This document shows positions 24,383 through 36,818 of a stretch of DNA of 64,000 nt, one piece after another (positions within the stretch are counted from its first letter, which is position 1; each line of letters opens with the position of its first letter). The translations under genes and the position numbers were made by a program. Source of the stretch: Fistulifera solaris. Taxonomy: Eukaryota. The stretch spans positions 1,612,001 to 1,676,000 of the forward strand of contig AP026125.1 of assembly GCA_030295235.1 (NCBI GenBank), written 5' to 3'. The notes below the pieces were generated by a model that searched no databases, was not told where the DNA came from, and saw only the letters and a program-made list of their open reading frames with translations.

Positions 24383-25528
24383 ATGAGCGTCGCAGACACG
24401 AATCATGTTCAAATGTGGCCAAGCAACATCGCGCATCATGTAACGGAATGTATTTTTCGAGATGTTCAAGAGGTTGTTCGCACAAGTCGTTTGAATCGTA
24501 ATCTGACAGCTTTGATTGAACATCGCGAGTTGAAACATATCAGAAATTTAGGGCAAGGTGCATTCTCTCAAGTGCGGCTCGTAAATTACAAAAGTCGAGC
24601 CTTTGCGATGAAGCACCTACGACAAGACTTATTAAACAGACCATCCGAGTTCCGACAAGCCGCAAGTGAACTAGCCGTCGAAGGACACATGCTGGCTTCT
24701 CTCTCCCACCCCAATCTGATCAAACTACACGGATGGGCAGCTAACGGTGTCGCTTCATTCGCGCAGGGGTATCACGACAGTTTTTTCCTGCTTTTGGACC
24801 CCCTTGAAGAAACTTTGGAGGACCGCATTGAAACATGGAAACAAATTCGTCAGTTTGGCACTGTTGCGCAACGTCAGGAGATGTACACACAACAACGACG
24901 AGCCTGTGAGCAGATAGCATCGGTCTTGAGCTATTTGCATGATAATGGTATCATTTATCGCGATCTGAAGCCGAGCAACTTGGGTTTTTGTCGAAAACAA
25001 ATCAAGCTCTATGACCTTGGGCTGAGTCGTGAGCTTCCCTATCTAGATACACGCCAACCATTTCAAATGTCGGGAAGAGTCGGAACTCAACGGTATATGG
25101 CTCCTGAAGTCGCTTGTCACGAAGCTTACAACGTTTCTGCGGACGTTTATTCGTGGGCCATGGTGTGCTACGAGATTCTTACTTTAGAGAGACCTTACGA
25201 CCGCTTCAGCCGCGAAATGCACGACGCTCTTGTGTGCAGACAGGGTGTACGGCCCGAGTGGCCACCAATGGGTCGAGAGTATTGGCTTTTACAAACTATC
25301 ATCACCTCTGCCTGGAATCAGATACCGCACCTTCGTCCTTGCATGGCGAATATCTGCCACCAGCTTTCACAAGAACATACTCGTGCGTATTTGCAATTGC
25401 GGGCGGGGAGCAAAACAATCATCTCTGCCGACGAATTCTCGTATCGCAAAGCTCCAATGAGAAGCATTTCAGACTCCACAGACATAACGGTTATGTCAAC
25501 CGAGAGTGGGTTATATAGTGTCTTTTAG
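24383..25528 (+). CDS. Protein kinase (TKL-like)
   Basis: GQGAFS, AMK, YRDLKPSN, DLG, RYMAPE, DVYSW. Confidence 0.92.
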   Translation: MSVADTNHVQMWPSNIAHHVTECIFRDVQEVVRTSRLNRNLTALIEHRELKHIRNLGQGAFSQVRLVNYKSRAFAMKHLRQDLLNRPSEFRQAASELAVEGHMLASLSHPNLIKLHGWAANGVASFAQGYHDSFFLLLDPLEETLEDRIETWKQIRQFGTVAQRQEMYTQQRRACEQIASVLSYLHDNGIIYRDLKPSNLGFCRKQIKLYDLGLSRELPYLDTRQPFQMSGRVGTQRYMAPEVACHEAYNVSADVYSWAMVCYEILTLERPYDRFSREMHDALVCRQGVRPEWPPMGREYWLLQTIITSAWNQIPHLRPCMANICHQLSQEHTRAYLQLRAGSKTIISADEFSYRKAPMRSISDSTDITVMSTESGLYSVF

Positions 25529-25942
25529 ATGGCCGTTTCGTGTTGCTAAGCTACAGATACTATCACAAAAATTACATTCATAAAAAAAAAAATAATAGAA
25601 CGTTCGTTTTGTATGATGCCAGTTCAAACCATTCTGCCAGCTGAGTTTTATTATTTAAATATCATTTAAAGTTTGTTTGCAAGAGCAACTGTAATTCTGT
25701 CGGCGCCTTTTAGCTAGGGGAGAGTCGTAGAAAATCACCGAAACCTAGCATACCGTACCTAGCTCGAACGTTCGGTAAAGGTTACGGTACCCGAACAAAT
25801 AGAACACTTTGCACAGTGCGACACATCCAAATTGAAAAGAAACGGCATCTCACCGTTGCCACGACACAAACAACGACAACCTGGTGTCGTAATCCTTTAT
25901 TGTATCGACCCTATTCGTTTCATCTTTGTTTATTCATAATAA

Positions 25943-26556
25943 ATGGTTTCTCATTCTCTAGCCGCCGCGAAGCGCTTGCGCAAAGAGCTACAAGTCTTGC
26001 AAAAGTCTCCTGACGACGCCGACATTCTGCTAGAACATAATCCTGACAATTTACTGCAATGGAAAGCCTGGATTCGAGGACCTGTAGAAACTCCCTATGA
26101 AGGAGGAGTTTTTGAACTAGACATTCGTTGCGGAACCGATTACCCTCTCGCTCCCCCATCTATCAAATTCATCACGAAAGTGAGTGTGGTCATCGAAATC
26201 GGAAATTTTGTTCAATATCCTCCGTCCTTGTTTTGATGCTGACGTTCTCTTCTTTCTAAAAATTTTGTTAATACCAGATTTTTCATCCTAACGTTCATTT
26301 CCGGACCGGTGATATTTGTCTTGATATTTTAAAGAAAGAATGGAGTCCTGCTTGGGGTTTGCAAGCAGCATGTCGCGCCGTTTTGGCCCTGTTGAGCGAT
26401 CCGGACCCCGATCGACCTCTAAACTGCGACGCTGGAAACATGCTCCGTGGGAATGCGGATGTCATGGCTTATGAGGATACAGCAGCTTTCTATACGGTTG
26501 AAAATGCCCAGTTTTTGTCGTGGCCCGTGAAAGCGGAAGCGAAGAAAAAGTCATGA
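25943..26556 (+). CDS. PEX4: Ubiquitin-conjugating E2, PEX4-like, intron 26180-26277
   Basis: IFHPNVHFRTGDICLDILK..WSPAW..PLNCDAGNMLR resembles plant PEX4. Confidence 0.8.
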
Positions 26557-27433
26557 TTTGACCCGAATATTTGAATTTCAAGACACTGAGTTTGTCATTT
26601 TTACAATCATGCTCAATCCATGTCGCGGGAACCTTGGCTTTGTTGCTGTTTTAATGTTCGCATTGCCAAGTATGACTAATTAAGTCGTTCTTTGGAATTG
26701 GGATGTTAGTAATTGTCGTCGAGATTATTAATATGTACTTTGGATGAGGATTAGTCGCAGTTGTTTCTGTTCAAACATTTTCACAAGTGAATTTCAGTTG
26801 AGTTGAATTGCTCTCAAATATGTTGGTTCGAAGAACAACCTTTAGAACTATTCGGTGAAACCTTGCAAAGCCCATAGAAGCCCTTTTCTCTTTCTTTATC
26901 GTCTTAGACGAATATCATAACTCACGATGCGGTTTATCTTATCTTCATTATTGCCTTTGAAATATCTTGTTTAATTTTCTGAAATTGTTGGGATGCATGA
27001 AAAAGTGAGACGGTTGCGATTTTTAGTTGACCGGTCGAGGAGGGTCGCGGGTCGCGGAATGTGAGTCCCACGTCGGACGTCCACGTCTCCACGAAAGGTG
27101 CGCACTTTCTCCACCTCCAACGGACATGTAGAGTGACACAAAGAGTAGGCTGCCCTCCATCGCCAAAAAGGCATCCGTGGCCAAAACAAGCGAAAAAAAT
27201 CCACGCAAAAGTGACGTTGCACTCTTGTGAGCCACCAAATTTTAGTACGCCGGTAAAGAAATAGGTTATGAGCTATTTAGCTCTGCAGGCATCCATCCAT
27301 TTCGTCGCGGTTCGTCGAGCGTCGACTTGCGTCGCCGCGTATGTGTCGCGTTGAATCTACGATTCCGCGCTAATTTTGCGGCTCAGCAGTCGTTTCATAG
27401 TTTCGTTTCAAGAACCAAACGTTTGATTTCACC

Positions 27434-28792
27434 ATGTCGAAAGAGCACTTGTCAGTAGTTGTTTGCGGTCACGTCGATGCCGGAAAGTCGACCACTTGCG
27501 GTCACTTGATCTTCAAGTGCGGAGGTATCCCTGAGCGTGAGATGAAGAAGCTTCAGGACCTCGCTGAAGAGAAGGGAAAGGCCTCCTTCGGTTTCGCTTA
27601 CTACCTTGATACATGCAAGGAAGAACGTGAGCGTGGTGTCACCATTCAGTGCAACACCAAGGAGTTTTTCACTGAGAAGTACCACTACACCATTGTCGAT
27701 GCCCCCGGTCACAAGGATTACATCAAGAACATGATCACCGGTTCCGCCACCGCTGATGTCGGTCTCTTGCTCGTCCCCGCCGAGAAGGGTGGTTTCGAGG
27801 CTGCCATCGCCAAGGCTGACCCCAAGATGGGTGTTGAGGAAGGACAGACTCGTCAGCATGCCCGTCTTTCTCTACCTCCTCGGTGTTGACCAGCTCATCG
27901 TTGGTATCAACAAGATGGACTCGTGCAACTGGTCCGAGGAACGTTTCAACGAAATCAAGGAGGAGTTCATTAAGATGCTTCAGCTCATTGGTTTCAAGCC
28001 CAAGAAGGTCCCCTTCATTCCTTACTCTGGATTCAACGGAGACAACTTGGTTGCCAAGTCCGATAAGTGCCCCTGGTACAAGGGATGGGAAGCCAACCGA
28101 TCCCCCAAGGAAAAGATCACTGGTTTCACCCTTGTCGAGTGCTTGGACAACTTCATCGTCCCCCTCAGCGTTTCCCTGACCTTCCGGTCCGTCTTCCTAT
28201 CTCCAACATCTACAACATCAAGGGTGTCGGTCAGATCATCTGCGGTACCGTCGAACAGGGAACCCTCAAGCCCGGTGACATTGTCGGTATCGTCCCCTCG
28301 GGCCTCAAGGGAAAGAAGATCTTCTCCATTGAACAGCACCGAAAGACCCTCGAATCCGCCGGACCCGGTAACTCCGTTGGTCTTTCCATCAAGGGTATTG
28401 CCAAGGACGAGAAGGTCAACCCTGGTGACATTATCTACGTCGAGAAGGAGGGTGAACTCAAGCCCGTCAAGACCTTCTGTGCACTTGTCGCCGTTCAGGA
28501 GCACCCTGGTGTCCTCAAGCCCGGTTACGCCCCCGTTGTCTTTTTGCCGTACCGCCAAGGTTGCGTGCAAGATGACCAAGATCTTGTGGAAGCAGTCCAA
28601 GAAGACCGGTGGAACCAAGGTCGACAACCCCCGGATCTTTCCCAGTTCGAGTCCGCCGAGGTTGAATTCGAGCCCACCGCTCCTCTTTTCGTTGAGCCTT
28701 TCGAGACATGCGCCGCTCTCGGACGTATTGCTGTGATGGACTCCAACCGACTGAAGATGCTTGGAAAGGTCACCAGTGTGTCCAACGCATAA
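27434..28792 (+). CDS. EFL: Elongation factor-like protein (EFL, EF-1alpha paralog)
   Basis: [44 protein letters not shown], insertion [22 protein letters not shown]. Strong C-ending codon bias. Four homopolymer indels (~27868, 28163, 28543, 28630). Confidence 0.88.
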
Positions 28793-28957
28793 TAATAGGT
28801 TACATTTTAAAAGCTGAATACTAAGAATCTTGTGTATCCTATTTACTTAGCAGTGATTGTATGTACTCGTAATAGCTCGTCATCCATCTTACGTGATGCT
28901 ATCGACTACGATTATGTGCACTTGTCTTCTATAAACATTAGCAAAGCAAATCATACT

Positions 28958-30289
28958 TCAATCCCAACTTTCGTTGGTCATAGCCGTCGAGCTAGTGCAG
29001 CTCGACGAAGTCCGACTGGGAGCTTGTCGACCCGCTCGATCCTGTTGTGATGTCCTCTGTTGAAACTGGTTGCTTTTCATGAGCTCCAGAACCAACTGCA
29101 TTTGCTGATGTTCGAGAATTTGCACATCATGGCGAACTGCCGCGATGGATGGCCTCATGTGCGGCATCTGATGCCACGCCTGTTGTAAAATGGCTTGAAA
29201 GGGAGGAGCCACGAAGACACCATGGTGATTCAAGGGAGGCCGTGCCCCCATTCCACATACCATTTGAGAATGCATGTCACGGGTCCAGCCTGAGAAAGGC
29301 TTCGTGAGTGCCATTATCTCGTAAGCTACCATGGCCCAGGAATATACATCCGCAGCGACATTGTAGGGCTGAAGACAAGCGACTTCGACGGCCATATATC
29401 GGAGAGTGCCAATTTTACCAGACATGAGGAAAGGTTCGTCGAGTGACGGAGTAGGGAGTTCCCGGCTCAAACCAAAATCGAAAAGTTGAACACGGTTGTT
29501 CAAGAAGCCAATGTTGCTTGCTGAAAGGAGAGACATTCGCAGTGAGCTTCATTTGACAGTTCAAGGAAAAACGTTTGTTTTGCAAACTTACGCTTTGAGA
29601 TCACGGTATATGACGCGGTGTTCGTGAAGATAGGCAAGGGCAGACGCGATCTCCCCACAAATTCGTAACTTTTCCAGATACATTTCTTCTTGGTGTTTAA
29701 TATGAAATAAGTGAATCTCCGTTGCCATTTGATCCATAGGACTGTTATAGCCCGAATTGAGCCGCCTCCAGAAGTCTAGGATGTCATGTTGCAGCGGTCG
29801 GGAGAGGGCTTTATTGATCGTAGGACTTTGTGTTTGCCACTTTTCCAGCCGTTGTTCCAGCGTCTCGTCTAAACAATCCAAGAGCAAAAAGAAGCTGTCG
29901 TTTCGGCCTTGCGCAAAAGAATGAACTCCGCTGGCTGCCCAGCCTCTAATTTTGATGATATTTGGGTGATCAAACGCTGCTAGCATATGCGCTTCCACGG
30001 CAAGTTCACCAGCGGCAAGACGAAAGTTTTCCGGTTGATCTAATAAGTCGCGCTTGAGATATTTGATCGCTACTCTGCGTCCTCCACCCAACTGCACTTC
30101 GTGTACTTCAGAGAAAGAACCGGCTCCGAGTAACTGACCTATTTGGATGTCTTTTTTATCAATAAGAGCGATGCAGTTGTTTTTGCGAGCCAGTCGACTG
30201 GTGCAAATCATGGCTTCGACATCGGCGCGAATGCTTTCCGAAACTCTTTGCGCTATATGTTTTGGCCACTGCGCCTCCATGGTACTCAT
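28958..30289 (-). CDS. Protein kinase, paralog of 24383-25528, intron 29521-29591
   Basis: GAGSFS, YRDLK|..SNIG, DFG, RYMAVE. Shares ELAVEaHML and DSFFLLLD with the paralog. Confidence 0.9.
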
Positions 30290-30993
30290 ATAAAGCTTGT
30301 TTGCAAGTGGATCGAAGGTGTTGAGATGATTTGCAACAACAAATAGATAAATAAAGTCGTCCTGAGGCTCTCATGGTCTCGCATCATTTATTTTTTCATC
30401 TATTTTGTGGTTTCATGATTACAATTTTCGAACTATCCCACCGAAAGTACAAATGGGAGGAACTTTTCGCACACAAAACGGTCACAAGGAACGCTACTGT
30501 ACTGTCGAAAGGGGACATAAAAGGGAGAGGCATAAACAAAACGCCCAGGGCCATTGTGATCTTATTGCGCACTACTGAGCTCATTTTCGGCAGTCTTGGT
30601 CTCGCGTGATGGAGCTAGAGAGAGAGGGAGGATTAGCATTTATGCGCACAGCAGCCATGCTAAAATCGAAAGCAGGTGATGCCAATCAATTTTTTGCTTA
30701 ACCTAATAACTAATAAGACATTATGCCTTTCGTTGACAGTAAATACTCAGAAAGTCGCGTGGGTCCGCTTTGAACGTCTTGCAATTGCTTACCGTGGTAG
30801 GTCTCTTGGGGCTTTCGGTTGATTAGAACATTTCATTTAAAAGCTAGCCGTCTTTCTAATCTACTAACTTATTGAACTACTTTGACTTACTAGTGTAACA
30901 AATCATAGGTCGTTTGGATTTTAGATAGGTTGACTACTATGGCAGAGAATTTGAAACCAGCACTTATCCAGAACAATGCTGTTTCTTACGAAC

Positions 30994-31912
30994 TAATCCG
31001 CAACAGTGCGAGATGTCTGATACAAGCTTACCATGGCTTCAACCCACATTAGTCCATTTACAGCCTTCGACGGAAGCCAGGGCTTGGTGTCCCAGTTGGG
31101 AAGAGACCAGTGGATCGCTGGGAGCAAAAACAAAGCATTTCGTAGAAGTTGTAGTCGAAGGTGGGTTTTTCTTCTTTTCTGTTTTTTCTTCATTTTCAAG
31201 AACCGAACATTGAGCTGCATCGGCCAGAATGTAAAGCAACCAGAAGCGACAGCTGATGGCTGAAAATTTCGACGCTTTCTGAGATACATCGGGTGTCTGC
31301 ATACGTGTAGGAAGCATCCAAAGAACATACGCAGCCATTTCGAGAGGATAGTATCCGATCATACTCCACGAAAGACAGCGCCCCATCCACGTCGTAAACT
31401 TTGGCCTGCTCAACGAAACACTCGTCCAGCTTCCAGTGATTGCGGCTTCTACTGCCGTCGGCAGCTCCAGCAAACGCGTCGCGTAACGTGCAAAGCTCAA
31501 CTCGGTCGAAAGTTTGGACAATGCTGCCGATGCTGTAGCGTTCTTCGCATCAAGTGCGATAGCAGAGGCCAACCAGAGAGTCCACTGGAGTGCCTTGAGC
31601 AGTCTGTCCTGATGGAAAGGCGAGGTTTGCAGAAAGCGCACATAAAACTTAAGCCACCGCAGGGGGACATCTTTGTACTTCTGGAGCATCGTCGGCATTG
31701 TAAGCGTTGCTGGAGCAGCTTTTCTTTTGACTGAGGATCGTCGTCCTCGTCGCTTGATGCAGCAATCAACAACGGGTCGGTGGAAGAATCGTCGTCAACG
31801 ACGGTGTCCTTCTTTGTGCCCTCATCACCCTTACTTCGTTTGTGCATCTTTGACTGTCTTCTGCGCAATCAAATGGTTACAATCAATTGTTGGTTTGGCA
31901 TTGGAGTCGACA
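30994..31912 (-). CDS. PEX11-family peroxisomal membrane protein (frameshifted at both ends)
   Basis: QDRLLKALQW, LSFARYATRL, YYPLE, SCRFW. Ends approximate. Confidence 0.65.
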
Positions 31913-32010
31913 TCAAATTTATGTTCGGTCCTAAAAAGAAATGAGAAGCGCGTCGATGACACCTCGCGTCCTCGATCCGTCCGCCGCGACAGCAATCTTG
32001 ATGTGACTGA

Positions 32011-32306
32011 TTATTATAGTGAAAAGTGTACCAGGTAGCCCCCCACTTATCCACGACTGCAATTCAGTCGTGAATCAATATTCTTTCGAGCGACGATGCT
32101 GCCTACAATTCGTTCGTTCAGCGAAATAACGTGAGCTGAATTGGTCTTGATGTTATTAATAAATTGGCTGTAGCAGCGTTTGCCTTTCACGTAATGTTTT
32201 TTCATGTTGAAAAGCCTTGCGAAACGTTGTCTTCCGTATTTACTATTTACTATCAACCAAAGTTTTGTCCGATTTCGCCACGACTGCAGTTCAGTCATGA
32301 ATCAAC
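32011..32306 (+). repeat. Degenerate 227 bp-period dimer of the palindrome-repeat family
   Basis: CACGACTG-caatt-CAGTCGTGAATCAA (32052) and CACGACTG-cagtt-CAGTCATGAATCAA (32279), each preceded by TTAyTAT..AAAGT. Confidence 0.8.
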
Positions 32307-32676
32307 ATTGTATTCAGATAGTGTAGCGGCTGCGTGTCACACTGTCCTATGTACCGGTATCTTAAAACTTGAAACGCCTAATTGGCTATCTAAGTATCAC
32401 TATCAAGCCGACTGTGACGCAAATAACTTTCGCCGTTCGTCGCATGCGGTACTCATATTTAGACAACCTTTTGATTATTTAGACGCGTTGTCGAGTACTG
32501 ATGTGATAGTGAAGTGCATTCCGTTACGACCTAAGACCTCGTTTCTCACATCTTCCATCCTTTCGGCATTCTGCAAGAAAAAGACGAGGGGAAACGTCCT
32601 ATTTACATGGTAAACGCTTCTCTCTAGCATCTCGCAATCCAAAAAGAATCCATTAATACTTCATGAAAAGAGGAAG

Positions 32677-35600
32677 ATGGTGATTCCAATGAGACCGGGC
32701 TCTAGAGGAGTATCCTCGAGGCCGCCCTTGTATTCGCAACTATATCATTCCAGGAATCGAACAGATTTGATTGATTTGACCAGTATGGAGGAAGATACTG
32801 CACCAGATGAAACTAGAGGGCGTGTTGAGTTCAGTCGAGATGCAGTAGAAGCCTTTCGGGAAGACTCACACCGCCTATCCTGGAGTGGTGGTTATCCTTC
32901 GGAAATTCGCGTCACATCCCCCCGAGAGAATTCTTCCGGCGCACAGCATAGAAAAGGAGGAAGTGTGCGCATTGACAACAGCGATTTCCAGTCGCATGGA
33001 CATAACGCCCAGAGAACGGAATATGGATGGTCTGCTCATGACTATCCCTCTGTTGTGAATGTGACCGTCATTGATGATGTTTCAGAAATGGGGTTTCAAA
33101 GCCAGAACGGAGATCAGATGAGTGCTAAAGAGAGTGTAGCATCGAGACCGATAATCGTGCGTTCTCAGCCTTATTATCAGAACCAGCAAAAGAAGGTGAC
33201 CTCGGATGAAGCGCATAGCACAGCTAGCGATATGCTTTCAAGAATGAAAGCCATGACAAATCGAATGAAGGCGGAGTCTCTGATCGTGCGAGGAATCGGT
33301 GTTGAAAGTGGCCGTTTACAGTCACAAACCTCTTCCACTGTTGTGACTGGTCATGCTATTGTTGACGGGACGGAAATTTTCCGCGATCATCGTGATGACT
33401 TACCTCTTGAGGTCAATATCCAAGAAAGGAATGATCCCCGTGATGGAATTCACATGGTTTCGCCTATTTATAATGCAGTCAAGAGTATCGAAGCCATCCC
33501 CGGAGAAGTCAGTGTATCATTGAAAACAAAAACTCAAGCGATCTATCAACCAAGCGATTTTGTGTGCGAAGACGGTGACAAAGAAAGTCAAGAAATCGAC
33601 GATTCGAGAGATCTGCAGCCTTCTCGGTCGTCGCAATCTTCTCGATCTTCTCAATCAGCGCATATACGATCTTTGAGTCGACGACTAAGTGAAAAGCTGA
33701 AACGCAACGGCACAGTTAGTAAAGGCTTCGAGTCACTGACACAATCACTCAGTGAACCCTTTGTCGCTCCTACGGCAGAGCACGCTGTCCGTTTCCGAGA
33801 TCCTGAAACACTAGACTTGGAAGGTCCCGAGATCATCGACCTTAACGATTATGAAGACACCAACGATCCTCTAACAAAAGTCGAGTCTGTGCCAACAAAT
33901 GTGGTGGAGGGCGAAAGCGGACAGGACCACGATCGCGATGATAATCCGCCGGCACAAGAAAGCGATGATCAGACTGCTACAGCAGAGGATCCGGTGACCA
34001 AGAAACCGAGCGAGATGGCCGAAGAAAGAAGCGACTGCGTCGAAGAGACAGGAAATATGGAAGTTAAAGCTGCCGACGGCGGCACTGAAAAAGAGGGCAA
34101 CGAAGACAATGGCTGTGACATTGGAGACGGAAAATCCCTCGACGTAGACCCCTACGCTTCCGAATCAGATACAAAAACCATAACTTCTAATGCTCGCGGC
34201 AGAGAGCGCTCCCGTGTCAAGAGCGGCGCGCAAAAGAAAAATTACAGGACGCTCATTTTCGAGTTCCCGGGAAAAGAGTCCCTTAGCAACATTTCATGGC
34301 GCGGACTCGATCCCTGTCAAAAATAGAGAAGAAGACACCACCAAGATCACCTCCGAAGATTTGATGAATCACTTCAATCAACTCAAGACTGAGATGCCTT
34401 CTTTGGAGGAATTATCCGAAGAAAAGACTCAATTAAACAACCAAGTCACTTTCGAAGTTTTTAGTCAGGCTGATCATGAAGATTTGCAGAACCACGACGC
34501 GAATATAAACGGCAGAGAAACGATAGAAGGTATTTCGAGCGAAAGAAAAGACATAGAAGATATCGTCACTGTTGCTGTGAGTAGCACTAACAAAATTGAC
34601 GATCGCTTTCCGAACGCCGAAAGAGATGAGTGCTTACAAGGTCGAAAAACTCAGCCTCGCTCAATGAAACTCAACGCGAGTGACTATGCAATGACATCGA
34701 GTGGAAGTTCAACATGCGTGGGTGTCGAAGATCTGTACGTCAGCTCAAGTAATTCCGACGAAAGAAAAGCGACCAGAACCGCTTCAATGAAGGACCTCAT
34801 ACAAGGCCGTTCGTCCGAAGAAGGGGAGGATATGGCCTCTGTCATATACACAAACTCGTCCGAGTCAGACCTGGAGCCAGATTACGATATTTACGACCAA
34901 TGTGTAATGCCTTTTATTCCAAGCTTTCTGGACACAGCTTGTGCTTGGCTTGATGGTGAAGATTATGGAATGCGCCCTCAGCAAGCAGCTCAATCGCGCC
35001 TATATAAACTCCAGAAAAACAAAAAGAAGAAGTTTGTTGGACAAAGGAAGAACAACGACAAGAACAGTCGATCGGGGAACAAGCCGAGTAGAAACGCGAA
35101 GGGTGCGAAGAACTTAAACATACGTGAAGTATCCAGATTCGCAAGGCCAAGAAAAATGGTGGATCCCAAGACGGAAATAAAACAAAACAAAGACAAATCC
35201 AACAAATCACCGCAAACAACATCACCACGGCATCAAGCGTCAGCTACAGAGTCACAAGCAAAGGATGTCGGTGAAAAATGGGACCAGTTGGTGCGCAGAG
35301 ACGAACTGAAGCCGGAGCATCTGAACACAGCTGGTGAGCCAGTTCGTTTCACTTTTTCAGATGGCAGGAGCAATGCGAGACCACCCGAAGAAAGTATCAG
35401 CCCCTCTGATACTCTTGAAGCTAAATCTCTCAAGCGAGATCCATCCGTTGAACTACAACCGACGACTTCAGCAGACGAAAGAAAAGAAATTACCCCAATG
35501 GATGTGCAACGCGGCCAAGAATCGCCATTTCGTAAGAAGCTACAAGAAAGGATGGAAAGTATCAAGTGTCGCGATCCGATAGGGGATGGAGAAAAGTCTT

Positions 35601-36679
35601 CCGAATCAAACAACAGCACCAAACCTGAAATCTGTTCGCATCTTTCCAGACAGCAGTCGCCTTTGCGCGTACCCCAGGATCCTCCAAGTCTTTCACCAAA
35701 GACACCTCAATCACACGACGTTCTGCGTTCACCGAAGCAAGCTGAAATCCTTAAGATAAGTCCCAAAACGAAGCCCAGTGAGGATGAGAGGATTATTTCA
35801 GCAAACAGGCATGCTACTCGCTCCGGTCACTTGCCCTCTGGCGTGTCATCCCCAGTTCAGGATAAGCAAATGGCAACGTTCCGAGACGGGAGACTAATTG
35901 TGACCGAAGCGCTTCCCAGTTCTCAAGAGAAAGCACATTGGAAGATTGATATTTGCAGAGAGTCATTGCAATCTACTCCTCAAGGTAACAGCAACGAACG
36001 CCCGTTTGACGAGTTTGCTCAGAATAAAAACAAAGATGCAGACGAGTCAATTGGTGACAAACTTCGCGATGGGAACTCCAAGACTCTTACGAGTGCAGCT
36101 GGTGGACCAGAAACATTGCAGGGCATTCGGGCACGGCGTCGCCTGATAGAGCAGAAGCAACACGCCTCATCGTCACGCAATCGTGCATTATACCAAGAAC
36201 ATCACGACATGCTGGTCGCTCAGAAGCAAACACTTCGGGCTGACAAGCCACAACAATCTGACTCAGTCTCACCTCGTACGTCTAGCGAGTACAGGGAGGA
36301 CGAGAAACCAAAAGGAAGGTTTTCTCGTTCTCGGTCACCTTCCAAGCGCAATGAAAGGGGCGCGTATAGTGACGCAACGCAACAGGCAAAGACGGACAGG
36401 GAGCATTCGACAGATCGTGAGGCACCTATCGATGTTATTGATGCAGAGTTGATGGCTTCCTTTGCGGAAATAAATGAGAACGAGCGAAATGCAGCCTTAG
36501 AACTTGTGGAGAAGCTTCGTCAACGTGCTTCTTCACTGCAAAAGCGCCATAAGGTTCGCAGTCAATATCATCAAAATATCGACGGACTCCAAGAGCAAGA
36601 CATACCCCTCAACGAATCTGGCACTTCAGTTCGTAGACAGGAATGGGAGGGACATGGGTATCGAATCTCAGCGGCGTAA
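32677..36679 (+). CDS. Large low-complexity (S/E/D/K-rich) hypothetical protein, one frameshift near 34240
   Basis: Two overlapping long ORFs (549 aa and 829 aa) with similar composition. Confidence 0.6.
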
Positions 36680-36818
36680 CATTTTATACAATAATAATCA
36701 CAAGTTACCAGGTATACAAAATTTGATATTGTGACCGGAGACAATCGATAGGAGGGTGCGTTCAACGTACATACTACCTGGTACGATTGTCAGATTTTTT
36801 TTAAAATTATCGATACGA

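Noticed and set aside
26810..26850. Possible further family copies (TGTTGGTTCGAAG here; also ~30935 and ~39550)
   Set aside because: The matches are short and lack the palindrome, so they cannot be supported by eye.
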